Shown: positions 1 through 9,611, counted from the stretch's first letter. The stretch is DNA of 64,000 nucleotides from Clostridia bacterium (GCA_900768535.1 CAAGDE010000076.1:23317-87316); one strand, 5' to 3'. The notes: generated by a model from the letters alone, not told the origin. A program made the numbers and translations.

Positions 1-757
1 CCTGGCGCTCGGCGGCGGTGTGGTGGGGGATCTTGCCGGCTTTGCGGCGGCGTGCTTCATGCGCGGCATTGATTTTTACAATATCCCCACCACGCTTCTC
101 GCACAGGTCGATTCCTCTATCGGCGGCAAGACCGCAATCGACCTCGACGGCGTCAAAAACTGCGTGGGCGCATTCTGGCAGCCGCGCGCGGTTCTGATCG
201 ACCCCGCCACGCTTGCCACGCTTCCCCGGCGGCAGATCGCAAACGGTATGGCGGAGGCGGTCAAAATGGCTCTGACCTCGGACGCGGGGCTGTTCCGGCT
301 GTTTGAGACCGGCGGGGAGAACGACCTGGAAACGGTGATCCTCTGCTCGCTGGAGATTAAGCGGCGGGTGGTGGAGGCGGACGAGCGGGAAACCGGTATG
401 CGCCGGATCCTGAATTTCGGCCACACCCTGGGGCACGGGATCGAAGCGGCTGCGGGACTGCACGGGCTTCTGCACGGGGAGTGCGTGGCGCTGGGAATGC
501 TGCCCATGTGCGCCCCGGAGGTCCGGCGGCGTCTGATTCCGGTGCTCCGGCGGCTCGGACTGCCGACTGTGCTCCCGGTGGATCCCGATGCGGTTCTGGC
601 GCAGATCTGCCACGACAAAAAATGTGACGGTGCGGCGGTATCCTATGTTGAAGTCCCGCGCGTGGGAGAATACGGGATCCGCCGGGAACCGGTCGCGGAA
701 TTCTGCGCGAAAATGCGTCCGGCGCTGGAGGCACTGCGGAAAGGAGGCACGGCATGA
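1..757 (+). CDS. aroB: 3-dehydroquinate synthase (5' end lies outside the window)
   Basis: The frame is open from base 2. The translation ..GGGVVGDLAGF..DSSIGGKTAID..NFGHTLGHGIE..HGECVALGM fits the dehydroquinate synthase/iron-ADH fold. It overlaps aroC by 4 nt inside a shikimate operon. Confidence 0.85.
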   Translation, partial: LALGGGVVGDLAGFAAACFMRGIDFYNIPTTLLAQVDSSIGGKTAIDLDGVKNCVGAFWQPRAVLIDPATLATLPRRQIANGMAEAVKMALTSDAGLFRLFETGGENDLETVILCSLEIKRRVVEADERETGMRRILNFGHTLGHGIEAAAGLHGLLHGECVALGMLPMCAPEVRRRLIPVLRRLGLPTVLPVDPDAVLAQICHDKKCDGAAVSYVEVPRVGEYGIRREPVAEFCAKMRPALEALRKGGTA

Positions 758-1842
758 AGAATACCTTTGGGAACAGCCTTTGCGTCACCCTGTTCGGCGA
801 GAGCCACGGGGCGGAGATCGGCGCGGTGCTGGACGGTCTTGCGCCGGGACTTCCGGTCGATCCGGATTTTATCCGTGCCCGCCTCTCCCTGCGCCGCCCG
901 GCAGGGGACGGTCTTTCCACGGCGCGCGCCGAGAGTGACCCGTTCCGCATCGTCAGCGGCGTGTTTGAAGGAAAGACCACCGGAACGCCGCTGTGCCTGC
1001 TGATCCCGAACGGCGACACGCACAGCCGGGATTACGACCGCTCCATGGCGCGCCCCGGTCATGCGGACTATACGGCGGAATGCAAATATCACGGCTTTCA
1101 GGACTATCGCGGCGGCGGACATTTTTCCGGGCGCCTGACGGCGGCGCTGGTTGCCGTTGGCGCGATTGTGACCGATGCGCTCCGGCGGCGGGGCATCACA
1201 ATCGCCACGCACATCGCGTCCCTTGCCGGCATTGCCGACCGACCGTTTGCCGATCTTTCGGCGGACTGTTCCGCGCTCCTGGGAATGCGCTTTCCGGTGC
1301 TGGATTCCGGTGCCGGCGAGCGGATGCAGGCGGCAATCCGGTCTGCGGCGGCGGACGGAGACAGCGTCGGGGGAATCCTGGAAACCGCCGTGATCGGAAT
1401 GCCCGCCGGCGTGGGGGAGCCATGGTTCGACACGGTGGAAGGGATGCTTGCCCACGCGCTGTTCGGAATTCCGGCGGTCAAGGGAGTGGAATTCGGCGCG
1501 GGCTTCGGCTTCGCTTCCCTGCGCGGCTCGGCGGCAAATGACGGAATGCGCTCTGCGGACGGTCAAATCTTCCACCGGAGCAATCACAACGGCGGCGTTC
1601 TGGGCGGCATTACCAACGGCGAGCCGCTCCTGTTCCGCTGTGCGGTCAAGCCCACCCCGTCCGTTGCGCAGCGGCAGGAGAGCATAGACCTGGTCACGCG
1701 GGAGAATGTTGACCTGACCGTGCACGGCAGACACGACCCGGCAATCGTCCATCGGGCAGGGGTGGTGGTGGACAGTGTGACGGCACTGGTGCTTGCCGAC
1801 CTGCTGACAGGACGCTTCGGCACCGACTGGCTTGCGGAGTGA
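754..1842 (+). CDS. aroC: chorismate synthase
   Basis: 362-aa ORF. The N-terminus MKNTFGNSLCVTLFGESHG and the internal GRHDPAIVHRAG are typical chorismate synthase signatures. ATGA overlap with aroB. Confidence 0.95.
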   Translation: MKNTFGNSLCVTLFGESHGAEIGAVLDGLAPGLPVDPDFIRARLSLRRPAGDGLSTARAESDPFRIVSGVFEGKTTGTPLCLLIPNGDTHSRDYDRSMARPGHADYTAECKYHGFQDYRGGGHFSGRLTAALVAVGAIVTDALRRRGITIATHIASLAGIADRPFADLSADCSALLGMRFPVLDSGAGERMQAAIRSAAADGDSVGGILETAVIGMPAGVGEPWFDTVEGMLAHALFGIPAVKGVEFGAGFGFASLRGSAANDGMRSADGQIFHRSNHNGGVLGGITNGEPLLFRCAVKPTPSVAQRQESIDLVTRENVDLTVHGRHDPAIVHRAGVVVDSVTALVLADLLTGRFGTDWLAE

Positions 1843-1852
1843 GGTGAAGGGA

Positions 1853-3100
1853 ATGCAGTACGGATGTATCGGAAAAAAGCTGGGACACAGCTTCTCGGCG
1901 GAAATTCACGCCATGCTGGAGAGCCGCCCGTATGCGCTGCGGGAAGTCGCGCCGGAGGAGCTGGATACCTTCATGAAGGCGGCGGACTTTCGCGGGATCA
2001 ATGTGACCATTCCCTACAAGCAGGCGGTTCTTCCGTATCTCGGCGAGACGGATCCGGTCGCGCGGGAAATCGGCGCGGTCAACACCGTTGTCAATCGCGG
2101 CGGCGTTCTTTGCGGCTACAATACCGACTTTGACGGGCTCCGTGCGCTCCTGCGCTCCGTCGGCGTTCCGCTTTCCGGCAGGACGGTTGCCGTTCTCGGA
2201 ACCGGCGGGACATCGCTGACGGCGCAGGCGGTTGCCCGGTCGATGGGTGCCGCAGAGGTGATCCGTGTCAGCCGTTCCGAAGGGGAGGACCGGATCACCT
2301 ATGACGCGCTGTACCGGGATTTCGCCCATCGGGTGCAAATTCTCATCAACACCACGCCGGTGGGGATGTTCCCGGATACGGACGGCATTCCGGCTGACCC
2401 CGACCGTCTGCCGGCACTGGAGGCGGTGGCGGATGCGGTCTACAATCCGCTGCGCACCCGACTGGTTCTCCGGGCACGGCAGCGCGGCATTCCGGCGCAG
2501 GGGGGACTGCTGATGCTCGCGGCACAGGCAGTGCGGGCATCGGAAATTTTTACGGGCGTGACCTATCCTGCCGGCACGGCGGAGCACATCTGCGCTTTCC
2601 TGACCGAAAAAAAGGAGAACATTGTTCTCTCCGGAATGCCGGGAAGCGGAAAGAGCACGGTGGGACGTCTTGTGGCGAAAAGGACCGGGCGGCGGTTTGT
2701 CGATCTGGACCGGGAAATCGCCGGGCGACTGACCGTGACGCCGGCGGAAATGATCCGTGACCGGGGCGAGGAAGCCTTCCGGGATGCGGAAGCCGCCGTG
2801 CTGGGAGAGGTGCTGACCGGGCTTTCCGGCGCGGTGCTGGCGCTGGGCGGCGGAACGGTTCTGCGCGCGGAAAATGTCGGGCGCATCCGGCAGACGGGGA
2901 AAATCTACTTTCTTGACCGTCCGGTTTCCGCGCTGATTCCCACTGCCGACCGCCCGCTTTCCGCCACGCGCGAAGCCCTGGAGCGCCGGTATGCGGAGCG
3001 GATTGACTGCTACCGGGGGACAGCGGATCTGCGTGTCCACGGCTATACCGCCGCAAGCGAGGCGGTCGAAATCATCCTGAACGATCGGAGGATTCCATGA
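1853..3100 (+). CDS. aroE-aroK: bifunctional shikimate dehydrogenase / shikimate kinase (single fused polypeptide)
   Basis: ATG at 1853 is preceded by GAGGTGAAGGGA. The N-terminal half carries NVTIPYKQAV, YNTDFDGL and VLGTGGTSL (AroE). The C-terminal half starts NIVLSGMPGSGKSTVG..FVDLD (P-loop shikimate kinase). One uninterrupted frame. Confidence 0.9.
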   Translation: MQYGCIGKKLGHSFSAEIHAMLESRPYALREVAPEELDTFMKAADFRGINVTIPYKQAVLPYLGETDPVAREIGAVNTVVNRGGVLCGYNTDFDGLRALLRSVGVPLSGRTVAVLGTGGTSLTAQAVARSMGAAEVIRVSRSEGEDRITYDALYRDFAHRVQILINTTPVGMFPDTDGIPADPDRLPALEAVADAVYNPLRTRLVLRARQRGIPAQGGLLMLAAQAVRASEIFTGVTYPAGTAEHICAFLTEKKENIVLSGMPGSGKSTVGRLVAKRTGRRFVDLDREIAGRLTVTPAEMIRDRGEEAFRDAEAAVLGEVLTGLSGAVLALGGGTVLRAENVGRIRQTGKIYFLDRPVSALIPTADRPLSATREALERRYAERIDCYRGTADLRVHGYTAASEAVEIILNDRRIP

Positions 3101-3531
3101 AGCTGTATGTTCTGAACGGACCGAACCTCAATCTGCTCGGTGTGCGCGAGCCGGATCAGTACGGCACCGAGACCTTCGCACACCTGACCGAACGGATTGC
3201 CGCGCACGCCGCCGCGCGGGGGATCGAGGTGATCCAGCGGCAGTCCAATCACGAGGGCGACCTGGTGGACTGGATTCAGGAGGCATATTTTGCCCGCGCG
3301 GACGGACTGGTCATCAATCCCGGCGCGTATACCCATACCAGCATTGCGCTTCTGGACGCGCTGAAGGCGACAAGGCTCCGCGCGGTGGAGGTGCATATCT
3401 CCAGAGTAGAGGCGCGGGAGGACTTCCGGCAGGTCAGCTACCTCCGCGCCGCGTGTGAAAAAACAATCACCGGTCACGGGACGGACGGGTACCTGGAAGC
3501 CATCGATTACCTGGCGGGGGGCGGAGCATGA
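3097..3531 (+). CDS. aroQ: type II 3-dehydroquinate dehydratase
   Basis: 144 aa with MKLYVLNGPNLNLLGVREPDQYG, QSNHEGDLVDWIQ and INPGAYTHTSIAL. 4-nt overlaps on both sides. Confidence 0.95.
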   Translation: MKLYVLNGPNLNLLGVREPDQYGTETFAHLTERIAAHAAARGIEVIQRQSNHEGDLVDWIQEAYFARADGLVINPGAYTHTSIALLDALKATRLRAVEVHISRVEAREDFRQVSYLRAACEKTITGHGTDGYLEAIDYLAGGGA

Positions 3532-4742
3532 CGGTACGGATCGAACCCGGACGCGCCGCGGGGACCGTCCGCGTTCCGCCGTCCAAAAGCATTGCGCACC
3601 GGATGCTGATCTGCGCCGGACTGGCGGATGGAACCAGCGTCATCCGGAACGTCGGCGACTGCGAGGACGTCCGCGCAACGCTAGACTGCCTCTCGCTCAT
3701 GGGGGCGGACTGCCGGTATGACGGGGAGAATGTCACGGTGCGCGGCGGACTGTTGCGCACGGCACCTTCGGCGGTGCTTCCGTGCCGGGAAAGCGGCAGT
3801 ACCCTGCGGTTTCTCATTCCGGTAGCGCTGACCGCCGCGTTTCCGGTCCGTTTCCGGGCGTCGGGCAGGCTTCCGGAGCGCCCGCAGACCGTGTATGAGG
3901 ACATCTGCCGGCGGCGCGGTCTGACTTTTCGCCGCGAAGGGGACACCGTTTTGGTTCGGGGTGCCCTGCAGTCCGGCGAATTCCGGATTGCAGGGAATAT
4001 CAGCAGTCAGTTCGTCACGGGACTGCTCCTGGCGCTCCCGATGCTGGCGGGGGACAGTCGGATCGACCTGACACCGCCGGTCGGGAGCCGTCCGTATATC
4101 GACCTGACGCGGGAGGTGCTGTCCCGGTTCGGAGTGCGGACGGAATGGGCGGGGGATCGGACGCTCCGGATCCCCGGCGGGCAGTCCTATCGTCCTGCCG
4201 ACTGTGAAGCGGAGGGCGACTGGTCGGGCGGCGCGTTCTGGGCGGCGCTGGACCGTTTGGGTGACAACCGGGTCACCGTGACCAATCTGAACCCCGATTC
4301 CGGGCAGGGCGACCGGGTCTGCGCGGCATATCTCGATGATCTGCGGCAGGGACCCGCCACGCTGTCGCTTGAGGACTGTCCCGATCTCGGTCCCGTCCTC
4401 TTTGCCTATGCCGGCGCGATGCACGGCGGCACCTTTACCGGCACGAAACGTCTGCGCATCAAGGAAAGTGACCGGATTGCCGTCATGCGGGAGGAGCTTG
4501 CAAAATGCGGCATCCGGCTGACCGATTCCGGCGACCGTGTCACGGTGGAAGCACCGGACGGCCTGCACGCGCCGACAAAGCCCTTCGACGGACACAACGA
4601 CCACCGCGTTGTCATGGCTCTGTCGGTGCTTGCCACCCGCACCGGCGGATGCATCACCGGCGCCGGGGCGGTGCATAAAAGCTATCCGGATTTCTTTGCC
4701 GATCTTGCATCGCTCGGCATCCGGACGGAAACCATTGACTGA
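3528..4742 (+). CDS. aroA: 3-phosphoshikimate 1-carboxyvinyltransferase (EPSP synthase)
   Basis: 404 aa with PPSKSIAHRMLI near the N-terminus and RIKESDRIAVM in the C-terminal half. Operon context. Confidence 0.93.
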   Translation: MTVRIEPGRAAGTVRVPPSKSIAHRMLICAGLADGTSVIRNVGDCEDVRATLDCLSLMGADCRYDGENVTVRGGLLRTAPSAVLPCRESGSTLRFLIPVALTAAFPVRFRASGRLPERPQTVYEDICRRRGLTFRREGDTVLVRGALQSGEFRIAGNISSQFVTGLLLALPMLAGDSRIDLTPPVGSRPYIDLTREVLSRFGVRTEWAGDRTLRIPGGQSYRPADCEAEGDWSGGAFWAALDRLGDNRVTVTNLNPDSGQGDRVCAAYLDDLRQGPATLSLEDCPDLGPVLFAYAGAMHGGTFTGTKRLRIKESDRIAVMREELAKCGIRLTDSGDRVTVEAPDGLHAPTKPFDGHNDHRVVMALSVLATRTGGCITGAGAVHKSYPDFFADLASLGIRTETID

Positions 4743-4752
4743 GGAAGAATCC

Positions 4753-5625
4753 ATGGAACTCAACCGTAATACCGAAATTCTCATCGTCGGCCTCGGCGTC
4801 ATCGGCGGAGGCTATGCCAGAGCACTGACCCGGCAGGGTTATCGCGTGAGCTGCATTACCAGGGAGCAGAAGGACATCGACTATGCCGTGGCGCACGGGA
4901 TCATTCATTCCGGGTATACCGAGCCGCGCCCGGAAATCCTCGCGGCGGCGGAGCTTGTGGTGCTGGCGCTCTACCCGCATACTGCCGTGGAGTGGATGCG
5001 GGAAAATCAGAATTTCCTGCGTCCCGGCACGCTGGTCACCGATGTCACCGGCGTCAAAGCCCGTTTCATCCGTGAAATGCAGGCATTCCTGCGCACGGAT
5101 ATTGAATTCATCTCCGCACACCCCATGGCGGGACGGGAATCCAGCGGCGTGGAATACAGCAATGATGAGGTTTTCCGCGGCGCGAACTATATTGTCGTCC
5201 CGACCGACCGGAACACGCGGGAGGGGATCGCGGTCTGCCGCAGACTGGGGGAAATTCTCGGCTTCGGCAGAATCAGCGAGCTGGACGCGGAATCGCACGA
5301 CCGGATGATCGCCTTCCTGTCCCAGCTGACGCACTGCATTGCCGTTGCGCTGATGAACTGCCACCAGGGAGCCGGGCTGGAAAACTACACCGGCGACTCC
5401 TTCCGCGATCTGACACGGATTGCCAAAATCAACGATGAAATGTGGAGCGAGCTGTTTCTGTGGAACCGGGAGGCACTGCTCGCTCAGATGGAGGTCTTTG
5501 AGAAGACCTTCGACCGACTTCGCGGAATGCTGGAGCGCGGCGACCGGGAGGGAATGCGGGAAATGATGCGCATCTCCACCCGGCGCCGGACGCTGTTCGA
5601 TAAAGAAAGGAAAGAAACCGTATGA
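4753..5625 (+). CDS. tyrA: prephenate dehydrogenase
   Basis: The track ORF starts at 4537, but the ATG at 4753 follows GAGGAAGAA and the aroA stop. Rossmann motif ILIVGLGVIGGGYARAL and ISAHPMAG. Confidence 0.85.
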   Translation: MELNRNTEILIVGLGVIGGGYARALTRQGYRVSCITREQKDIDYAVAHGIIHSGYTEPRPEILAAAELVVLALYPHTAVEWMRENQNFLRPGTLVTDVTGVKARFIREMQAFLRTDIEFISAHPMAGRESSGVEYSNDEVFRGANYIVVPTDRNTREGIAVCRRLGEILGFGRISELDAESHDRMIAFLSQLTHCIAVALMNCHQGAGLENYTGDSFRDLTRIAKINDEMWSELFLWNREALLAQMEVFEKTFDRLRGMLERGDREGMREMMRISTRRRTLFDKERKETV

Positions 5626-6656
5626 ATATGCATTTTTACCGCAAGCTCCCGATTCCGAAGGAGATCAAGGAGCAGTACCCCGCAACGCCGGAGGTCACCG
5701 CCGCGCGGGACAGCCGGGTCGGACAGATCAAGGCGATCCTGGACGGCAGAGACGACCGGCTTCTGCTGGTCATCGGTCCCTGCTCCGCCGATGCGGAGGA
5801 TACCGTTCTGCGCTATATTTACAGATTGCGTGAGGTACAGGACGCGGTTTCGGAACGCATTCTGATCGTTCCGCGCATCTACACCAACAAGCCGCGCACG
5901 ACCGGGGACGGCTACAAGGGAATGCTCCACCAGCCCGATCCCGAATCGGAGCCGGATCTGCTGCGCGGGCTGGTTGCCATCCGGAAGCTCCATATGCGCG
6001 CCATCGCCGAAACCGGATTCGGCTGTGCGGATGAGATGCTGTACCCGGAAAATCACCGCTATCTTTCCGATCTGCTTGCCTATGTCGCGGTCGGCGCCCG
6101 CTCGGTGGAGGATCAGCAGCACCGCATGACCGCAAGCGGGCTGGATATTCCGGTCGGTATGAAGAATCCCACGGGAGGGGACATCACGGTCATGATGAAC
6201 TCCATTACCGCCGCACAGCACTCCCATATGTTCCTCTACCGCGGCTGGGAGGTCAAAAGCGAGGGCAACCCTTATGCGCACGCCATCCTGCGCGGGTATG
6301 TCAACAAGCACGGTCAGTCGCTTCCCAATTACCATTTTGAGGATCTTTCCCATCTGGCGCAGACCTACGCGGAAAGCGGACTGGCAAACCCGGCGGTCAT
6401 GGTGGACACCAATCACGCCAACTCCGGAAAGCACTGGGAGGAGCAGCCGCGCATTGCAAAGGAGATCCTGCAGTCCCGCCGCTACAGCCGCGAGGTTCAC
6501 GCACTGGTCAAGGGGCTGATGATCGAAAGCTACCTGGAGGACGGCGCACAGAAGGTCGGCTCCGGCGCCTTTGTGCCGGGCAGATCCATCACCGACCCGT
6601 GCCTGGGGTGGGAGAAAACCGAGCGGCTGATCCGTGAGCTTGCGGAACTGTGCTGA
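5622..6656 (+). CDS. 3-deoxy-7-phosphoheptulonate (DAHP) synthase, class I-alpha (AroF/G/H type)
   Basis: 344 aa with LLLVIGPCSADAED, NKPRTT and VDTNHANSGK. Overall collinear with E. coli-type DAHP synthases (from memory). ATGA overlap with tyrA. Confidence 0.92.
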   Translation: MNMHFYRKLPIPKEIKEQYPATPEVTAARDSRVGQIKAILDGRDDRLLLVIGPCSADAEDTVLRYIYRLREVQDAVSERILIVPRIYTNKPRTTGDGYKGMLHQPDPESEPDLLRGLVAIRKLHMRAIAETGFGCADEMLYPENHRYLSDLLAYVAVGARSVEDQQHRMTASGLDIPVGMKNPTGGDITVMMNSITAAQHSHMFLYRGWEVKSEGNPYAHAILRGYVNKHGQSLPNYHFEDLSHLAQTYAESGLANPAVMVDTNHANSGKHWEEQPRIAKEILQSRRYSREVHALVKGLMIESYLEDGAQKVGSGAFVPGRSITDPCLGWEKTERLIRELAELC

Positions 6657-6724
6657 ATTTCCTGTTCCTTCCTTCACGCACGAAAAAAGTTTTGATTTTT
6701 CGCGCAAGATGTTGTAAATACCAC

Positions 6725-6752
6725 TTGACAAAAACACAAGATGTGGTATAAT
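6725..6752 (+). promoter_or_regulatory. sigma-A type promoter of nrdDG
   Basis: TTGACA (6725-6730), 16-nt spacer, TGG-TATAAT extended -10 (6744-6752), about 100 nt upstream of nrdD. Confidence 0.6.
6734..6749 (+). promoter_or_regulatory. putative NrdR box 1 (overlaps the -10 element)
   Basis: ACACAAGATGTGGTAT matches about 12 of 16 positions of the NrdR-box consensus acaCwAtATaTwGtgt as I remember it. It sits immediately upstream of an nrd operon. Confidence 0.4.
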
Positions 6753-6764
6753 GGTATCGTTGCC

Positions 6765-6780
6765 CTACAATATGGCACAA
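6765..6780 (+). promoter_or_regulatory. putative NrdR box 2 (half-site quality)
   Basis: CTACAATATGGCACAA. The left half matches the consensus well and the right half poorly. Its centre lies about 31-32 bp from box 1, the helical phasing typical of tandem NrdR boxes. Confidence 0.25.
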
Positions 6781-6784
6781 GATA

Positions 6785-6819
6785 ACGTACCGGAGCCGGG
6801 AAATCCGGCTTAGGTACGT
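6785..6819 (+). other. stable stem-loop in the nrdD 5' UTR
   Basis: ACGTACC-GG-AGCCGG-gaaat-CCGGCT-TA-GGTACGT, two stacked helices of 7 + 6 bp with no following U-tract. Confidence 0.5.
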
Positions 6820-6851
6820 GAAAGGATAGAATACTTCAAAGGGAGGAACAC

Positions 6852-9026
6852 ATGAAAGTCATCAAGAGGAACGGGTCCGAGGTCGTATTTGACATCTCAA
6901 AAATCATTACCGCCATCACCAAAGCGAACGAAGCCGTGGATGAATCCGAGCGCATGACCCCCATGCAGATCCGCCGCATCGCCGAGGCGGTGGAGCTGAA
7001 CTGCATCCGCATGAACCGTGCGGCAGGGGTCGAGGAGATCCAGGACCTGGTGGAAAAGCAGATCATGGCACACGGCGCATATGAGGTGGCGAAGGTCTAT
7101 ATTACCTACCGGTATACGAGAAACCTTGTCCGTCAGTCCAACACCACGGACGAGCGGATCCTGAGCCTGATTGAATGCTGCAACGAGGAAGCCAAGCAGG
7201 AAAACGCCAACAAGAACCCGACCGTCAACAGCGTCCAGCGCGATTATATGGCGGGGGAGGTCAGCCGCGACCTGACCGAGCGTCTGCTTCTGCCGCAGGA
7301 CATCGTTGAAGCGCACCGGGAGGGTATCATCCACTTCCACGATGCCGACTACTACGCCCAGCATATGCACAACTGCGATCTGGTCAATCTGGAGGATATG
7401 CTGCAGAACGGAACGGTCATTTCGGGAACGATGATCGAGCGCCCGCACAGCTTTTCCACCGCCTGCAACATCGCAACGCAGATCATTGCGCAGGTGGCAA
7501 GCAACCAGTACGGCGGGCAGAGCATCTCCCTGACGCACCTGGCGCCCTTTGTGCAGGTCAGCCGCGAGAAGATCGCAAGGAACCTGCACGAGGAGCTGGA
7601 CGATGCCGGGGCGGTGGTCTCGGAAGAGAAGTTTGACAAAATGGTGGAAAGCAGACTGCGCGAGGAAATCCGCCGCGGTGTGCAGACCATCCAGTATCAG
7701 GTGGTCACGCTTCTGACCACCAACGGACAGGCACCGTTCGTTACGGTGTTCATGTACCTGGGCGAGGCGAAAAACGAGCAGGAAAAGCGTGACCTTGCCA
7801 TCATCATCGAGGAGACGCTGCTCCAGCGCTACCAGGGCGTGAAGAACGAGGAGGGCGTGTATGTCACCCCCGCGTTCCCGAAGCTGATCTACGTACTGGA
7901 GGAGCAGAACATCCACGACGATTCGCCGTATTACTATCTGACAAAGCTTGCCGCAAAATGCACCGCGCGCAGAATGGTTCCGGACTACATCTCCGAGAAG
8001 AAGATGCTGGAGCTGAAGGTTGATCAGAACGGGCAGGTGCACTGCCACACCTGCATGGGCTGCCGCAGCTTCCAGACGCCTTATGTGGATGAGAACGGTC
8101 AGCCGAAGTATTACGGTCGGTTCAATCAGGGTGTGGTGACCCTGAACCTGGTCGATGTGGCGCTGTCCTCCGGCGGAAACATCGAAAAATTCTGGAAGGT
8201 CTTTGACGAGCGGCTGGAGCTCTGCCACCGCGCCCTGCTTTGCCGCCACGAGCGCCTGAAGGGGACCCTTTCGGATGCGGCTCCGATCCTGTGGCAGTAC
8301 GGCGCCCTGGCAAGACTGAAAAAGGGCGAGCCGATCGACAAGCTGCTCTACGGCGGATACTCCACCATCTCCCTGGGATACGCAGGTCTTTACGAATGCG
8401 TGAAGTACATGACCGGAAAGAGCCATACCGACCCCAGTGCAACACCGTTTGCCCTGGAGGTCATGCAATACATGAACACCGCCTGCAGAAAGTGGAAGGC
8501 GGAGCACAACATTGATTTCAGCCTGTACGGCACGCCGCTGGAATCCACCACCTACAAGTTCGCGAAATGCCTGCAGAAGCGCTTCGGTATCATTCCGGGC
8601 ATTACCGACAAGGGATATATCACCAACAGCTACCACATCCACGTCACCGAGCAGATCGACGCCTTCTCCAAGCTGGCGTTCGAGGCACAGTTCCAGGCGC
8701 TCTCTCCCGGAGGTGCCATCAGCTATGTGGAGGTGCCGAATATGCAGCAGAACCTGGAAGCGGTGCTGCAGGTGATGAAGTTCATCTACGACCACATCAT
8801 GTATGCGGAGCTGAACACCAAATCCGACTATTGCCAGGTCTGCGGCTTTGACGGCGAGATCAGCATTGTGGAGGAGGACGGAAAGCTGATCTGGAGATGC
8901 CCGAAGTGCGGCAATACCGATCAGAGCAAGATGAACGTGGCAAGAAGAACCTGCGGATACATCGGAACGCAGTTCTGGAACCAGGGACGGACGCAGGAGA
9001 TCCGGGAGCGGGTACTCCATCTGTGA
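6852..9026 (+). CDS. nrdD: anaerobic ribonucleoside-triphosphate reductase (class III)
   Basis: 724 aa. N-terminal ATP-cone (MKVIKRNGSEVVFDISKI), C-terminal CQVCG..CPKCG zinc ribbon and glycyl-radical motif RTCGYIGTQ. Confidence 0.97.
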   Translation: MKVIKRNGSEVVFDISKIITAITKANEAVDESERMTPMQIRRIAEAVELNCIRMNRAAGVEEIQDLVEKQIMAHGAYEVAKVYITYRYTRNLVRQSNTTDERILSLIECCNEEAKQENANKNPTVNSVQRDYMAGEVSRDLTERLLLPQDIVEAHREGIIHFHDADYYAQHMHNCDLVNLEDMLQNGTVISGTMIERPHSFSTACNIATQIIAQVASNQYGGQSISLTHLAPFVQVSREKIARNLHEELDDAGAVVSEEKFDKMVESRLREEIRRGVQTIQYQVVTLLTTNGQAPFVTVFMYLGEAKNEQEKRDLAIIIEETLLQRYQGVKNEEGVYVTPAFPKLIYVLEEQNIHDDSPYYYLTKLAAKCTARRMVPDYISEKKMLELKVDQNGQVHCHTCMGCRSFQTPYVDENGQPKYYGRFNQGVVTLNLVDVALSSGGNIEKFWKVFDERLELCHRALLCRHERLKGTLSDAAPILWQYGALARLKKGEPIDKLLYGGYSTISLGYAGLYECVKYMTGKSHTDPSATPFALEVMQYMNTACRKWKAEHNIDFSLYGTPLESTTYKFAKCLQKRFGIIPGITDKGYITNSYHIHVTEQIDAFSKLAFEAQFQALSPGGAISYVEVPNMQQNLEAVLQVMKFIYDHIMYAELNTKSDYCQVCGFDGEISIVEEDGKLIWRCPKCGNTDQSKMNVARRTCGYIGTQFWNQGRTQEIRERVLHL

Positions 9027-9027
9027 T

Positions 9028-9552
9028 ATGAACTACTGTGAAATCAAGCAATGTGACATTGCAAACGGCATCGGCGTCCGGACAACCCTGTTTGTCTCGG
9101 GCTGCACCAACCATTGCGAGGAATGCTTCCAGCCGCAGACGTGGGATTTTGACTACGGAAAGCCCTTTACCGAGGCGGTGGCGGATGAGGTGATTACCTC
9201 CTGTAAGCCATATTACGTCAACGGTCTGACCCTTTTGGGCGGAGAGCCGTTCGAGCCGTCCAATCAGCGCGCGCTGGTGCCGTTTCTGCACCGGTTCCGC
9301 GAGGAATGCCCCGGCAAGACGGTCTGGGCGTTCAGCGGCTTCACGCTGGACCGGGAGCTGCTGGTCGACGGCTCCCATCCGCGGTGCGAGGTGACGGACG
9401 AAATGCTGTCGCTGATCGATGTGCTGGTGGACGGACGCTTCGTGCGGGCGCTGAAGGATATCTCCCTGCGCTTCCGCGGCTCCTCCAATCAACGCGTAAT
9501 CGACCTGAACAAAACAAGAGAAACCGGAAAAATTGTCCTCTGGGATGACTGA
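9028..9552 (+). CDS. nrdG: anaerobic ribonucleotide reductase activating protein (radical SAM)
   Basis: 174 aa with VSGCTNHCEECFQ (CxxxCxxC). Starts 2 nt after the nrdD stop. Confidence 0.93.
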   Translation: MNYCEIKQCDIANGIGVRTTLFVSGCTNHCEECFQPQTWDFDYGKPFTEAVADEVITSCKPYYVNGLTLLGGEPFEPSNQRALVPFLHRFREECPGKTVWAFSGFTLDRELLVDGSHPRCEVTDEMLSLIDVLVDGRFVRALKDISLRFRGSSNQRVIDLNKTRETGKIVLWDD

Positions 9553-9564
9553 ATCCGGCAGAAA

Positions 9565-9611
9565 AGCCCCCGAACCGCGCCAAAATGCGGTTCGGGGGCT
9601 TGACCTTTTCC
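9565..9611 (+). terminator. intrinsic terminator after nrdG
   Basis: 14-bp stem AGCCCCCGAACCGC / GCGGTTCGGGGGCT with an 8-nt loop, followed by TGACCTTTTCC. Confidence 0.75.

Noticed and set aside
1-757. Alternative call of the first ORF as glycerol dehydrogenase or an iron-containing alcohol dehydrogenase.
   Set aside because: The fold is shared, but the 4-nt coupling to aroC and its position at the head of a complete shikimate operon favour 3-dehydroquinate synthase.
6753-6851. A riboswitch (for example cobalamin) or T-box in the nrdD leader.
   Set aside because: I see no B12-box, specifier or T-box sequence, and no terminator/antiterminator alternative. Only a single stable hairpin is present. 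It is reported as a hairpin, not a riboswitch.
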